The translations under genes were made by a program, and so were the position numbers. Positions 24,700-37,790 of a DNA stretch of 64,000 bases are shown piece after piece. Within the stretch, counting starts at the first letter, position 1. Every line of letters begins with the position of its first letter. This DNA is from Octopus sinensis (taxonomy: Eukaryota), in the NCBI RefSeq assembly GCF_006345805.1, contig NC_043015.1:31868001-31932000 (forward strand), read 5' to 3'. Under the pieces are notes generated by a model. It saw only the letters and a list, made by a program, of their open reading frames with translations, did not search any database and was not told the DNA's origin.

Positions 24700-25960
24700 A
24701 ATGAACCCTTGGCAAAGCAGAGTTGCTGTTTGGTCTTTCTTTCAGCTACTTCCAAAGGGAACATGTCATCTGTGACCAGGAGAGAGAGAGGGAAACACTT
24801 TCAGCAATTAGGCACTGTCCGGATGGCCAGGTTTGTCCAGCAGACCAACTCAATCAGAGCTATTGCCAAGCAGCTCGAAGTGGAGGAGTCCACCTTATGA
24901 TGCATACTGAATGAGGACATCATGTAAAAAGTCCTACATGAGAAGACAGCCCATGTGATCTAGTTGAGACAGAAACTGAGCAAGCTTGAGCACCCCAAGA
25001 AACTCATTATGGTCTGGTTCTTCACCGAAGAGAACTTCAACCAGGACCAGAAGGTGACAAGGAGGACCAACAGATGGTTGTGTGGAGGCGCAATGGCCCA
25101 GTGGTTAGGGCAGTGGACTCGTGTTCGGAAGATCGCGGTTTCGATTTCCAGACCGGGCGTTGTGTGTTTATTTAGCGAAAACACCTAAAGCTCCACGAGG
25201 TTCCGGCAGGGGGTGGTGGCGACCCCTGTTGTACTCTTTCACCCCAACTTTCTTTCACTTTTTGTAGTGGAGGCACATGGCCTAGTGGTTAGAGCAGTGG
25301 ACTCGCTGTCGAGGGATCGCAGGTTCGAATCTCAGACAGGGCAATGTGTGTGTTTATGAGCCACAACTTTCTCTCGCCCTTTCCTCCTGCATCTTGCAGC
25401 TCACCTGTGGCGGACTGGTGTCCCACCCAAGTGGGGAACCTATACGCCAAGGAAACCGGTCCTTATGAGCCTTATGAGCTCGAGAAGGAACAAACAAAAC
25501 AACAGATGGTTCTGCATGGACATCATGGAGGTACTCATGATCACACACAAAGTTCCTCTTGTTTCTGATTGTGCTGAATGTTGAAGTAATTAGAGCCATG
25601 TCATATTGTCTCACTTTTTCCCCCCCACAAAGCTTCAGGGCCAATGTCACCACCTTATATTGTGCAGAACACAATCGTCAAACCGTGGATCTAAGAGTCA
25701 TTCAAAGAAGGCCATGTGTGTCCCAGCAGAACCCTGCCCCCTACTACACGAGCCTCTCAATCCTGGAATGGCAAGCTGAGAGATTTTATGATCATGTGAC
25801 AATACGTAGAATCACTGGACAGCTAAATCTAGAGCAGCACCGAGAGAAAACCAAACCAGCAGCTCCACTAAACAAAGGGTTTGCTGAAAACTGCCATCGT
25901 AGGTATGATGGATAACATGCAACAAGAATCACTCGATCCTGGCATACAGCTACTTCCATG
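24700..25960 (+). mobile_element. Decayed Tc1/mariner (maT/DD37D-like) transposase remnant interrupted by SINE D
   Basis: SIRAIAKQLEVEESTL, KLEHPKK..WFFT-EENFNQDQKVTRRTNRWL, then HTKFP, IVKPWI, QQNPAP, ERFYDHVT after the SINE. Confidence 0.8.
25080..25500 (+). mobile_element. Composite SINE family D insertion (two heads) with 11-bp TSD
   Basis: TSD AACAGATGGTT at 25069-25079 and 25501-25511; tRNA-like heads GTGGAGGC.CA.TGGCC.AGTGGTTAG at ~25082 and ~25267. Confidence 0.85.
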
Positions 25961-27959
25961 GCAGAGATCGTTATAGAGACTGACAGTGGTTTTATAAAAG
26001 AACCAGATTGTTTAATATATTTAGTTTAACACGTTTCATTTTTCTGAAAACAACTTTTCTTTCTATTCAATATCTTTGTTTTTCTCTTTAATTTTGTCTT
26101 AATTTACCTTATTTAGTAGGTAGAATACATTCCAAAACCTTTGGCTTTAAAGCTCCTATACAATATTGATTTTTCTGAACCAGGGGTGGTCACCTCAATA
26201 AAAACACTTTAAATTAAGCAAATCCTAAATTTATTTGAATAATTAAATGAAATTCAAGTACCTGTAGATTGGAATAAATTAGTGCAAAATATAAGAGATT
26301 CCAGACAATCTGTGTCTGGAAAGTCAGTGTAGTGTCTGTACTATATTCTGACGTGGTACGTGTGATGATGGTGAGGTACTGTACATCAGGTATGGTATCT
26401 GATGTAGTGCAATATAGGTAACAGAACACTGTACAACATAGTGTGCTGTAGTTGGTATGACAGTGTAGTGTGACATGGCTAACGTGTAGCATAGTGTAGC
26501 AGAGTGCAGCTAGCAAGGTGTGACACAGTGCAATTAATACAGTGGAGTGCAGCTGACTTAGCCCAGGATGGTGTCATGTGGTAAGTCATGGTTGAACAAC
26601 TGTTACACAAGAGCAGAGGAAAGGAAACTTCTCAAAAACAATGCCTCTTATTCTACGGGCTTCGGCTGTAAGTCGCGTAATGGGTCGGAAATATATCTTT
26701 TTGGATGAATGCACTGTCATGGAAGATGGGGGAAAGAATAAGTGATGTAAGTAATCTAAAGAGATGAGTGGTGAGTGAAAAAGGAAGAATGGTGTTGATG
26801 GCTACGACTGGTCGTGTGGGAGTGATGGAGGAAAAATCACGGGAATACAAGTGTGTGGATGGAACAGGCCAGAATTTTTCAAAAGCCAAAACCAATGTGA
26901 AATATTCGATCGTTTTCGGCAATCTGAGACGTTTCTATACACGACAGACAAAAGCAATGTTCATCTACACACATCAAAGACATCCAGACATATACACTCA
27001 CACATCTCCAGAATATTCAAGGTGTGTGCTGTTAGATGGCAAATATACGGTCTCCACTGAGTGTTACCCCACTACAGACAAGAAAAGGGAGAGAAAGAAA
27101 GAAAGAGAGAGAGAGCGAGAGAGAGAGAAAGAATGAGAGAGAGTGACATCCTCCACATTGCTAAAACCGGCAACCGGTTCTGAAGACTAACTGAACAAAC
27201 CATTTTCCATGCTGCTAAGTTCTCCGTCTTGACAGAGACAGATAAAAATAGATAAACAAATAATTTCATACAAGTGTGTGGATGGAGGCAGGGAGAGAGA
27301 ACCAAACCATTACACAACAGCAGCACCACAACTGTGTGTGTATGTGTGTGTGTGTCTGTATCAGAAATATGTTTATGTGTCTGTGTGTGTATAAAGTGTA
27401 TGTGTGTATGTCTGTAATGGCTTCTTACATATGCATGAACCCTGAGATTTTCCATTCCGCTTTTAGTTTTTAGTTGGGTTTTTTGGGGTTTTTTTTTTTT
27501 AATAAATGTGGAATGTGTGGTGTTCATGCGTTTTAGAAGAGCGATTAGCAAACGTACATATATATATTGAATGAGAGAAGCGGTTGTAAACGAGAATGGA
27601 GACCTTACGTGAGAGGACGGTTCGCCGACAACTTACCACCGCAACAATAACAACAGAAATAACATAACCAACACTACAAATAATAATAATGATAATGATA
27701 ATGATGATCACTAAACTATCATTAATTCTAGCAGCAGCAGCAGTAATAGTAGCAGGGTTGGTTGTTTGGGTCAAGGGGGAAGGAGAGGCGATATCATCAA
27801 CGAAACGAGAACATTCATTAAGTCAATTAAACAGATATATTCACCAATCTAAACCTCAAGGAAATACCAAAAAAAAAAAAAATTACTACAATAAACGAAT
27901 CGATGACGGAGATTCGGCGCCGTCGTTCGACCTGCTAACAAACCAAAAAAAAAAGATTC

Positions 27960-28120
27960 TCTTTCTCAACCCTAGTGGTCTAAATAATTGGGGGAAGGAC
28001 ACCATAGATAATGTATTCTTTAGATATACATACAAAAAAGACGGGATGGTCAAGGCTGGAACGCTTTTATTCATAGATCTGCTTTAATCGGGGCCATCTG
28101 ACCTGACCAAGGGCTAAACA
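27960..28120 (+). mobile_element. Old interspersed repeat family H (3' part); further copies near 4.6-4.85, 7.15, 34.2-34.4, 34.8-34.9, 38.8-39.1 and 59.7-59.95 kb
   Basis: Shared blocks CTAGAAATAGCAGCCAAATCTCCCTCAAAT, GGACA..ATAATGTA, AAGACGGGATGGTCACGGCTG, GGGCTAAACAAC. Confidence 0.65.
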
Positions 28121-28774
28121 AATACTACAGCAATGATGTTAATAGTGAAATGGTAAAAGTAGGGAACTGCGAGAAATGAACAGAAGAATGGTAAAATTCC
28201 AAACGAAACATCAGACATCCAACCGAGTAGCTGACTGATTCTTGCTTTGACCCAAGCAAAAATTTTGTCATCTGCAGAGCAGATGACAATTTTTCTGCCA
28301 GTATCTTTCCACTGACCAAATCGGTTAACTAGAATATATAGACAGCAAATATACATACATGCATTTTATATATATATACATATATACACACACACACACA
28401 GCGAAATAAATACATATAAATATATATATATATATAAATAATTATAGATTCGCCCGCACGATTCTAATTATACATTCCTCGCCTGCAACCCGCTATAGCC
28501 GGATGCTACCACGAGTTGAAATGGTGTCCCGCCACCCCACCAAATACTACACACACGAATCTAGACATTTCCAGCTACCACTTCAGCATGGCATGAGTGA
28601 AAAAATGTTTCTCCTTCCAGTTGAGGCCTTCTTCACAGTCTAGTTGGAACGTGGCACACACACACACACATATAATACAAATTCCAAAAGCATTTTTTTT
28701 CTCTCTATTATAACAGGCACAGTGGCGGGAGACTCGAAACGGTAGTTTCATAATAAAATAAAGGACGGGAGGGG

Positions 28775-29066
28775 TATATATATATATATACACACATATA
28801 TATATACAGAAGTGTGTGTATATATATATATATATATACATACACACAAACGCTCATACATACAGCTTTACCTACATACACATACACACACACATATATA
28901 TATATATATATACAGAAGTGTGTGTGTGTATGTATATATATATATATACAGAAGTGTGTATGTATATATATATATATATATATATACACACGCTCATACA
29001 TACAGCTATACCTACATACACATACACACACACACATATATATATATATACAGAAGTGTGTGTGTG

Positions 29067-29111
<45 letters not shown>

Positions 29112-29184
29112 GCTCATACATACAGCTTTACCTACATACACATACAAACACACACACACACATATACAGAAGTGTGTGTGTGTG

Positions 29185-29252
<68 letters not shown>

Positions 29253-29335
29253 ATACACACGCGCTAATACATACAGCTTTACCTACATACACATACATAC
29301 AAACACACACACATATATATATATACATATGTATA
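28775..29335. repeat. Higher-order compound microsatellite
   Basis: ACGCTCATACATACAGCTTTACCTACATACACATAC-type block 4 times and TACAGAAGTGTG 5 times, separated by variable (TA)/(CA). Confidence 0.9.
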
Positions 29336-29966
29336 CATGTTATGTATCGGTGTGATAAGATATATATTATATGCAAATAAGCACTGGATGATGGTACATG
29401 AGGAAAACCATCCATGTAGGAGTGTGGGTGGGAAGCGGGGGGCTGGGGGAATAATAATAAGTAGGTCCGATAAGGTGTGTGTGTGTGTGATGGTGTGTAT
29501 ATCAATGTATGTGAGTGTGTGTGTTTGTGAATTAAGATGTATATTCAGACCCCGTGTGTGTGTGTGTGACGGTAAGGTGTGCGTGTTTATGTAGCAGACA
29601 GAGAAGACTACCAGGGGGGAAGAAAAAAGGGAGAAATAAGCGAGTTTAGGAGCAAAGCCTTAATATAAAGGGGGGGGGGAGGGTCCGTTAATACGAGAAA
29701 AACCAATCCCAATTTCTGGAATATGTGTCGGCATTTTATGACTTAGCCGATCAGATTGACTAGATCGATCGATTTGACAGAGAAACTACTTTTTTTTTTA
29801 AAACCGTCATCACTGTTATTATCATCATTACTACTACTACTACTACTACTACTACTACAACTACTACTATTACTACTACTACTACTAAGAAGCACTATTA
29901 CAACTACTAACTTTCAATCATAAATTCAAAAATACAAAATGATGTCTGTACACACACATATACACA

Positions 29967-30011
<45 letters not shown>

Positions 30012-31189
30012 CACACATATATAATATATGTATATCATATAAAATATATACATAATTTAAAATAATAATAATTATTATTTATATATATATATATATTTCG
30101 AACGAACATGCAGTCATCAACATGAAACATTTCCAAAAACGATAAGAATATTATGAGATATATTACATACACACGTTGAACTGAAGACTGGTCGCAATTC
30201 CGAGTGGTGTTAACAGGAAATGCAATCGAAGTAGGGAAAGATAGTCGGGTGGGTGGGGTTGCAACGAGAGACGAGAGCGGACAGTCAGGCAGGACTAATT
30301 AGAGATTTCTGATTCTGGCAAGTGAACGAAGGCTTCGATGCCGGATCCAGGGATACATATACATACATATATATATATATATGTATATGTGTGTATATAT
30401 ATATATTAGTGTTGGTGAGTGATGGTACTCCACACACGTTTTCTGGTGTGAACTGTTGTCGGTAAATGTTTTATTGGCCAGCGCAAGGTGCTTGCCGGGC
30501 TGAAGTTAGCTCCCTTACAAACCTGGCCTTAATTGTCACATTTACTCCTATGTCACCCCCCCCCCCCATCAATTTACACAGTAGTAATACCGACGATGTG
30601 AATACTCCACCACACCTTACAAGACAACAGCCTCACACACTGCTAGAAATAAAACGATTCATTTCTTCAATGAGGCGACACGAAGGCGTACAGTTTAGGT
30701 GTTAATGTCACTTGAAAGAACGGAGACAAAAAAACGAGACAGACACAGAGAGAGATGGGCTGGGTTGGATTGGATTCAAAATAAAAGAGCTTACCAACTT
30801 CATACCTGCATTTAAGCAAGCCTTTAAATAATTAAATATTTCTGTCTTTAAAAGGCAATTTATTAAAAGTTCTTGTATGTGAAATGTCAGATAGGAGGAG
30901 GTGTGTGACACGAGGAATAATAACAACACAACTTAATATTGACACACCGATGGCAAAGGAGAGAGAGAGAGAGAGGAAAAAGCTTTGAAAAGACACAAAG
31001 GACAATTTTGTCATCAACTAAGTATATTACTGGTAGTTATTTTATCGTCCCAGGAAGAATGAAAAGAGAGCCAACACCAGCATAGTTTGAACACAAATGG
31101 AACCGATTTTCAAAAGTCTTTTGTACGACATACGACTACTTACTAACACTCTACCCTCAATAATAATAAACCTTTCAACTACAAACACA

Positions 31190-31680
31190 AAGCCTGCAAT
31201 TTTGAGGGTAGGGAGCAAGTCGATTAAATCGACCCCCAGTACTCAACTGGTACTTCTTTCGGCGAACCCGAAAGGATGAAAAGCAAAATTGGTAGAATTT
31301 GCAAAGACGGACGAAATGCCATTAAACATTAATGATAATTTTAATTATGGCACAAGGCTGGCGATTTTGAAAGGAGTAGGTTTGTCGATTAACTCGACCC
31401 CAGTACCTGACTGATACCGTATTTTATCGACCCCGGGGGGATGAAAGGGAAAGTCGACTGCGGTGGGATTAATAAAGGGTTCTCATTTGAAGACCGACAA
31501 TTTTTTGAGGACAGGGATTTAATCGATACTATCGTCCCAAGTAACTTGACTAGTACTTTATTTTATCGACCCCGAAAGGATGAAAGGCAAAGTCGACCTC
31601 GGCGGGATTTGAACTCAGAATGAAAAGCCGCTAAACGTTTTAGCACAGTGCGCTAACGATACCGCCAGCTCGCCGCTTTC
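31190..31680 (-). mobile_element. Cluster of three decayed family A-related SINE pieces (alternative tail, A2)
   Basis: Three CGACCCC(G)AAAGGATGAAAGG/AGC modules; head CCAGCTCGCC at ~31665. Confidence 0.65.
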
Positions 31681-31902
31681 GAGAGAATATAATTGTTTCT
31701 TACACAAATTAAGAAGTGGAACTTGTATCAATGTGTGATCCTAATCACACCCCGTACGAACTGTGGCGAACCAGCTGGAGCAACTGTCACTCAGTTTTAG
31801 AAACAAGTTAATAAAGAAACCGCTTCAATAGTGATTCACTGTTGATTAAGACATGGATTCGGAAACACTAACCCACCCGCTAATTCTTTTATGTTCGCGC
31901 AG

Positions 31903-31929
31903 GTTTATGGCTGGAGGAGAACAAAGACG
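31903..31929 (+). other. Candidate 27-nt microexon
   Basis: CTAAT branch-like motif + TCTTTTATGTTCGCGCAG| acceptor, |GTGAGA donor, length divisible by 3, all frames open. Confidence 0.3.
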
Positions 31930-33289
31930 GTGAGATTTGTTTGCTATTTTTAATAGACAGAGAGACAATTGCAGCCGTTATGTCTTTCCATAACGGATTC
32001 CTTGTTTTCGCCACTTTCTGCGAGAGAACAAAGCTGTGTTCGATAAAATCAGAAGGAACAACAATAACAATAACAAAAAGAGGTGATATCTTCGTCTGTG
32101 AGTAATGATATAGAAGATAAGGAGACGGGAGAGAAAGGGGTGATATCACGTATGAAGTTGTATGAATGATTTTTAGGAGGGGGTAGACGAGTGGAGGTAA
32201 AAAGAAATAAATGAGGTAGGGGTGGGTGAGGTTTGGATGAGTCACGGTAGGGTGGTGGTGGTGGAGTAAATGAAGAGGGTGGTTGGGGAAAGGATCAATC
32301 CGAAAACATCGGCACTGGCTGATTGTCAGTCTTCTGTCTCGTACCAATGTTTACGTAGATTTGGACGAAAGTGAACCAGAAGGGATGTGGGGGAGAAATA
32401 TCTTGAAAGTGGCTAGTTACACCCACCTCGTTCATTTAAGGCTGACAGAGAGACAACCAAGGAAAGGGGAAAAAAAAAGTTTGTGTTACTCTGTCTGCTT
32501 CAGGGAAGGAAAGAGGGGAAAATAGGAAAATTATAATTGAATAGAAATTGAGAAAGCTAACAAGTCGAAACCTTAATTGCAAACAACAGTGATAAAAAAT
32601 TTAAAAGAAAAAAACGACCCTTCCTATGTGACCCAGAAAATGTGTGTGTGTGTGTGTGTGTGTGGTTAAATTTGCTTCCCAACAACCATGGTTCCGGGTT
32701 CAGTCCTACTGCATGGCACCTTGGGCAAAGGTGTCTAGCCCCGTCGAAACTGAAAGAAGCCTGTTCTGATGTATGTGTGTATGTCTGTCGTGAGATCGCG
32801 CGGTAGTTGTGAGTGTGCACCGTTACATAAATAGTGTCATTCGTTTCCAATATTCTGTGAAGACATGTCTGACCATTGGGAAAATATTACCTTGCTTGGA
32901 AACAAACAGGTGAGGATTGGCTGTAGGAAGGACATCTAGCTGTAGAAAATTCGTCTCCATAAACTCCGTCCGACGTATGCAAGCATGGAAAAATAGATGT
33001 TAAAAACGATTTTTTTATATATCTATATAAAAGGTGGCGATTTCAGTTGGTCGATCGATTAAGTCCATATGCAATGCCCACGAGAATAAGATAGAATGGT
33101 CACGCCTGTGATAACAGAATTTGTCCAGTCAGGACCGACCTTCAGTTAAAATAACGACGGGTGGTCGAACTACCACCTGGCTGCTGTTTTTTTTCTCCTT
33201 GTTCGCGGAAGAAAAGCAGAGAACAAAATATCCCACCTCATCTTCCTTTCAATTATGGTACCATATAAAAAACTTGTAAAGCACAGGTA

Positions 33290-33615
33290 TGACTGTATAA
33301 TTACGAATCTCGCTTTACAAGCATGTGGTTTCGGGTTCAGTGCCACTACGTAACACCTTGGGCAAGTGGGTTCTACTATAGCCCCGGACTGACCAATGCC
33401 TTGCGAATGAATTTGGTAAACGGAAACTGCGTGAAACCCGTCATGTGTATGTCCCGAACCACCACCTGACAACCTCGTAACTTAGCAGTTCGGCAAAAGA
33501 ATAAGCACTAGACCTAGTGCTTATTAGAAGTACTAGGGTCAATTTATCCGACTAAACCCTTCAATGTGTTGCCCCAGCATGGCCACAGCCCAATGACTAA
33601 CAAGTAAAAGGTAAA
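33290..33615 (+). mobile_element. Old family B-like SINE
   Basis: CACCTTGGGCAAGTG and tail CCCCAGCATGGCCACAGCCCAATGACT..CAAGTAAAAG. Confidence 0.65.
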
Positions 33616-35649
33616 AAAATACATATCATCATTAATGCTGTCTCTTTACGTTTCCGAGATCAAATCCACCAGAATTGAGGACTGGAAGAATAGTTAAGAC
33701 TAAATGGTGTACAGTAGTAAATAGCAACACTTCTGGGTTCGAATTAAGCTCAGTTCAACCCTCGTTCTTCCTGGGTCGATACAATAAAATGCCAATCAAA
33801 TATCAGCGTTAGACGTGAATGAAATGATAGAAGACTTTGCTCTTCATTTCTTCGGAGATGATACATCTAAATAAACACATAAGGTAGTGTACATAAGATG
33901 ATCCGAGCAAATAAACCTTCGTCCATTCCCTTCAAATAATTGATCTTGCTACACCGAAGTGACCGATATATTTCACTTCGCCTCTACGCCAAACCCACTT
34001 CCCTTTTTCCAGGACAAGGTATACACATCCGGCAAATTATAGCAACAGTGAGATGATCTATCGATTACCAAGAGAATGAAGAGCAACTTCGATTTGAACT
34101 CTCAACACAGGTTTTGTGTTGATTATAAAGTATAGTCTTGTCTGACAATAAATCCCCTACGCAAGAATCGAGTCGATGCAATCACCTGAATGCTAGAAAT
34201 AGAAGCCAAATCTCCTTTAAATCAACCACTAATAGACTCAAAACAAAGACAATATACAAGCAACTATGGAGATCTAGAAATCGCGGTCAAATCCACTCTC
34301 CTATCGTCTTAAATGAAGAAATTCTTGGGCAAGGCAATTATATAGAGACGAGATAGTCACGGTTGAAACGCCTTCGACTATAGCTCTGCTAGATCAGGGA
34401 CTACTAGCATTGAGTTAAACAACACCAGGGAATTAGCATTTTATAAATGTAACCCCTTGATTCCGACAAATCGATAGGGGTGGTCACAGCTGAAACACTC
34501 GATACCTTACTGACCGACAACAACCATCGACAAAACAAAATCTCATACGTTAGAAGAATGTTCGCCGCTAATCATTTCCTCGGATGGAAATAGCGACCCA
34601 CATTTAAGCAGAACGATCGGCCTTTTGGCTAAGATCAAAGTGTAGAACGATGGCTTAGAAACCGGGGGAAAACATTAAAAAAAAAACCCGGTCACGAACT
34701 CCCACTAACCGCGAGTTTACCTTACGACAGTGAATAGTAGTAGTAGTAGCAGTAGTAGTTTTGTTTAACCCCAGGTCAGTCAGCTCTAAATGAGCACCTA
34801 TGATCAGACGTTGCACTCTTGAACACTTTGTTTCTCTCTCTCTTTTACTATATCTAGACATTATCAGATGTCTTTTTTTCCCTTTTCAAAACGGTAAGGG
34901 TGTGATATGAGGGAGATTTGGCTGCCATTTCTAGTATGTTACAAAGACAAACAAATGGGAGCTCACACACACACAGACACACGTTAACTATATTATATAG
35001 TAGACGTAGTAGATAGATGTAGCAGCAGAAGTGTTAAGACCCAATCATAGAAGAATGAGGAAGTTTAGGTTCCATCCAATAACAACAAAACGAACACAAA
35101 GAAAGCTTTAAGATTTTTCAAAGATGAAGCCAAGAATATATTCTTCATGGAGCGAGAGAGAGAGAGAGAGAGAATGAGCATTTTTAAACTTTCATCAGAC
35201 ACACACAAAAACATAGTTTCCTGAACTACCTCAAAGGAAAGATACTACAGGTAGATAAGGCTTTAGACAAGCTCGATCACAAACAAGCCAAGTAGTCTTC
35301 CTCTCTCTCTCTCCCTAAATTAAGCAGGAGATATACCACCAGGGGTGTATGCGTGTGTGTGGTTAAATAAGGGCTACGTGCACTGAAGCAATACAGAGGA
35401 GGCAACAAACTACATGGCCCTTATGCACAGACAGAAACTAAAAGAAGCGCGTCGTGTGTGTGTGTGTGTGTCTGTGTGCCCCAACGCAGCTTGACAACCG
35501 GTGTTGGTGTGTTTACGTCCCAGTAAGCTAGCGGTTCGGCAAAACAGATCGACTGAATAAAGTACCAGGCTTAAAACGTAAGAACTGGGTTGATTCGTTC
35601 GACTAAAATTCTTCAAAACCATGCTCCAGTGTGGACGCAATCTAATGGC

Positions 35650-35682
<33 letters not shown>

Positions 35683-36202
35683 AGAAATGCTCGCTTCCAC
35701 AGTACAATGCAATAATTCATTTCGACCGAACATGTTTCCCCAGACATGTATCTTCGACAGAAACTACCTATGAGGACCCGACTGGGTTCGATTGTGGATA
35801 ATGCCCGAGTCAACGAGCGCAGTGCTCCTCCTACTCATCATCATCTGTGGCGTATTAACATCTGTTATTCCATCTATCTATATACATACAATTATAATTT
35901 TATTCTATGCCATATACTATATATATGAGTAAAGTATGACAAAGCAGTAATTAAACCGAGACGAAGGATTACATATGCTGCTTTTCTTCGGTTAATAGGT
36001 GTGTATGAATGCGAAATGCGGTTGAGGTTTTGAGAATCGTGTGTCCACGAAGAGGACGAGTTGTTTAATGATTAACAGCAGTTTCTAGCAGTAGCTGATG
36101 TTTATTTAGTAGAATATAAATATATCAGATGTGTCATTATGCAGAGGGACATAAGTACACACCCATAGTGCTTCCAAGATCACACACACACACACACATA
36201 TA

Positions 36203-36546
36203 TAGGCGCAGGAGTGGCTGTGTGGTAAGTTAGCTTGTTTACCAACCACATGGTTCCGGGTTCAGTCCCACTGCGTGGCACCTTGGGCAAGTGTCTTCTA
36301 CTATAGCCTCGGGCCGACCAAAGCCTTGTGAGTGGATTTGGTAGACGGAAACTGAAAGACGCCCGTCGTATATATGTATATGTATATATATGCGTGTGTG
36401 CGTTTGTCCCCCTAGCATCGCTTGACAACCGATGCTGGTGTGTTTATGTCCCCGTTACTTAGCAGTTCGGCAAAAAAGACCGATAGAATAAGTACTGGGC
36501 TTACAAAAGAATAAGTCCCGGGGTCGAGTTGCTCGATTAAAGGCGA
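36203..36546 (+). mobile_element. SINE family B, 3'-truncated
   Basis: Young-looking copy that stops at TAAAGGCG, before the tail hairpin. Confidence 0.85.
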
Positions 36547-37637
36547 AACTTCGCCTAATATTATATATAATATAATATTTAAAAAGATTTAAATAACTAT
36601 CGAACGATTCCAAGGTGGATCTATTAAACATTTATACAAAAATATCCATCATCTCATCAGCAACGGAAATCTAAATTTAAGTTTAAAATGAATAAATATA
36701 TATTCGAAACTGAACTTTTCATTCATCGCAACTTCGTGTTCATACATCCACGCCTAAAATTAATAATTATACGCAAATATACTGAGAACTGACCCCTATT
36801 CCCACCCATTCTACACGTAGATACACCGATACAGAGGGGAGTGGGACCCTATTTCCCTGTTATGTATATCCCTCGAATGTTTAGTATATCCTCCAATAAC
36901 AAAAATTAATATAAGATGACAAAGATGTTATGTTTTTCATTCTTGAAGACTAAAAGTTGTGAGTAAACATACACGTGTGCGTGTACTAAATTTACTAAGT
37001 CAAACGGTGCCAAGTAGACAAGTGTCTCTTTCAATAGTTTCCGTTATGTCAGAGAAAACTGACAAACACACACACACGTGTGTGTATATGTGTGTGTGTG
37101 TGTACGAAAAACGGCGCATAAAATTATACAACTCATGATCATGAATATTAAGCGAATTGCCTAATGCACAGACATGTGTCTGTGTATATCCCAATGTGTT
37201 TGGAGCAAAAAACAAGATAAGAGAAAGACATCTAAGATGCTGGTTAAATAGAAGTTAGAGTTAAGCTCGACTAGCATGAAGAAAAACAGCCCTAGATTAG
37301 AGGTAATATGTGTGGAATAGTTTTAAAGCTAGTCTGTTATGAAAACAAGGAAGAAAATGTTTCGTTGGATGGCTATCGAATGTAAAGGAGACACACGACA
37401 TTAATTACACTTAGCAAACGTGGAGTTTTATTGATGATGGACAGGGATTGCTTTAGTAATGGAGGGAAAACCCCCATCAGTTGGTCACGGTTATTAATTA
37501 GCATAACTACAAGGTATTATCTCTCTCCTATAGCAGTCGGTTAAGTTTGCTTAGCTCTGAACGAACGAGAAGACAGATCTATATTCAAAGATATTCTAGC
37601 CGAGACCATCCTGTCTTTTTATTATTACCATTATGAA

Positions 37638-37790
37638 AAATTCCGCCGAGGTCGACTTTGCCTTTCATCCTTTCGGGAGGGGGTCGATAAATTAAGTACC
37701 AGTGTTTCACTGGAGTCGATGTAATCGACTGATCCCCGCCCCCAAAATTGCTGTTCTTGTGACAAAATTTGAAACCATTATTATTATTAT
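37638..37790 (+). mobile_element. Family A2 SINE fragment (family A central domain, different tail)
   Basis: AAATTCCGCCGAGGTCGACTTTGCCTTTCATCC...GTAATCGAC followed by CCCCAAAATTGCTGTTCTTGTGACAAAATTTGAAACCATTATTATT. Confidence 0.7.

Noticed and set aside
25082-25160. tRNA genes at SINE heads (also 62223 and the A/B heads)
   Set aside because: A/B boxes are present but there is no complete cloverleaf, and each continues into a SINE body with TSDs.
26261-26314. 54-nt minus-strand exon candidate (TQIVWNLLYFALIYSNLQ)
   Set aside because: Donor GTACTT is weak and the acceptor lies next to a degenerate repeat; insufficient support.
27499-27774. ORF resembling a single-pass membrane protein
   Set aside because: Start is TTG, no in-frame ATG before the upstream stop, and the hydrophobic run is an (ATT/ATC) repeat.
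28708-29594. Long ORFs of up to 188 aa (YI/HT/CV repeats), likewise at 16.0-16.4, 39.5-39.7, 41.35-41.8 and 57.5-57.9 kb
   Set aside because: Translations of stop-free dinucleotide microsatellites.
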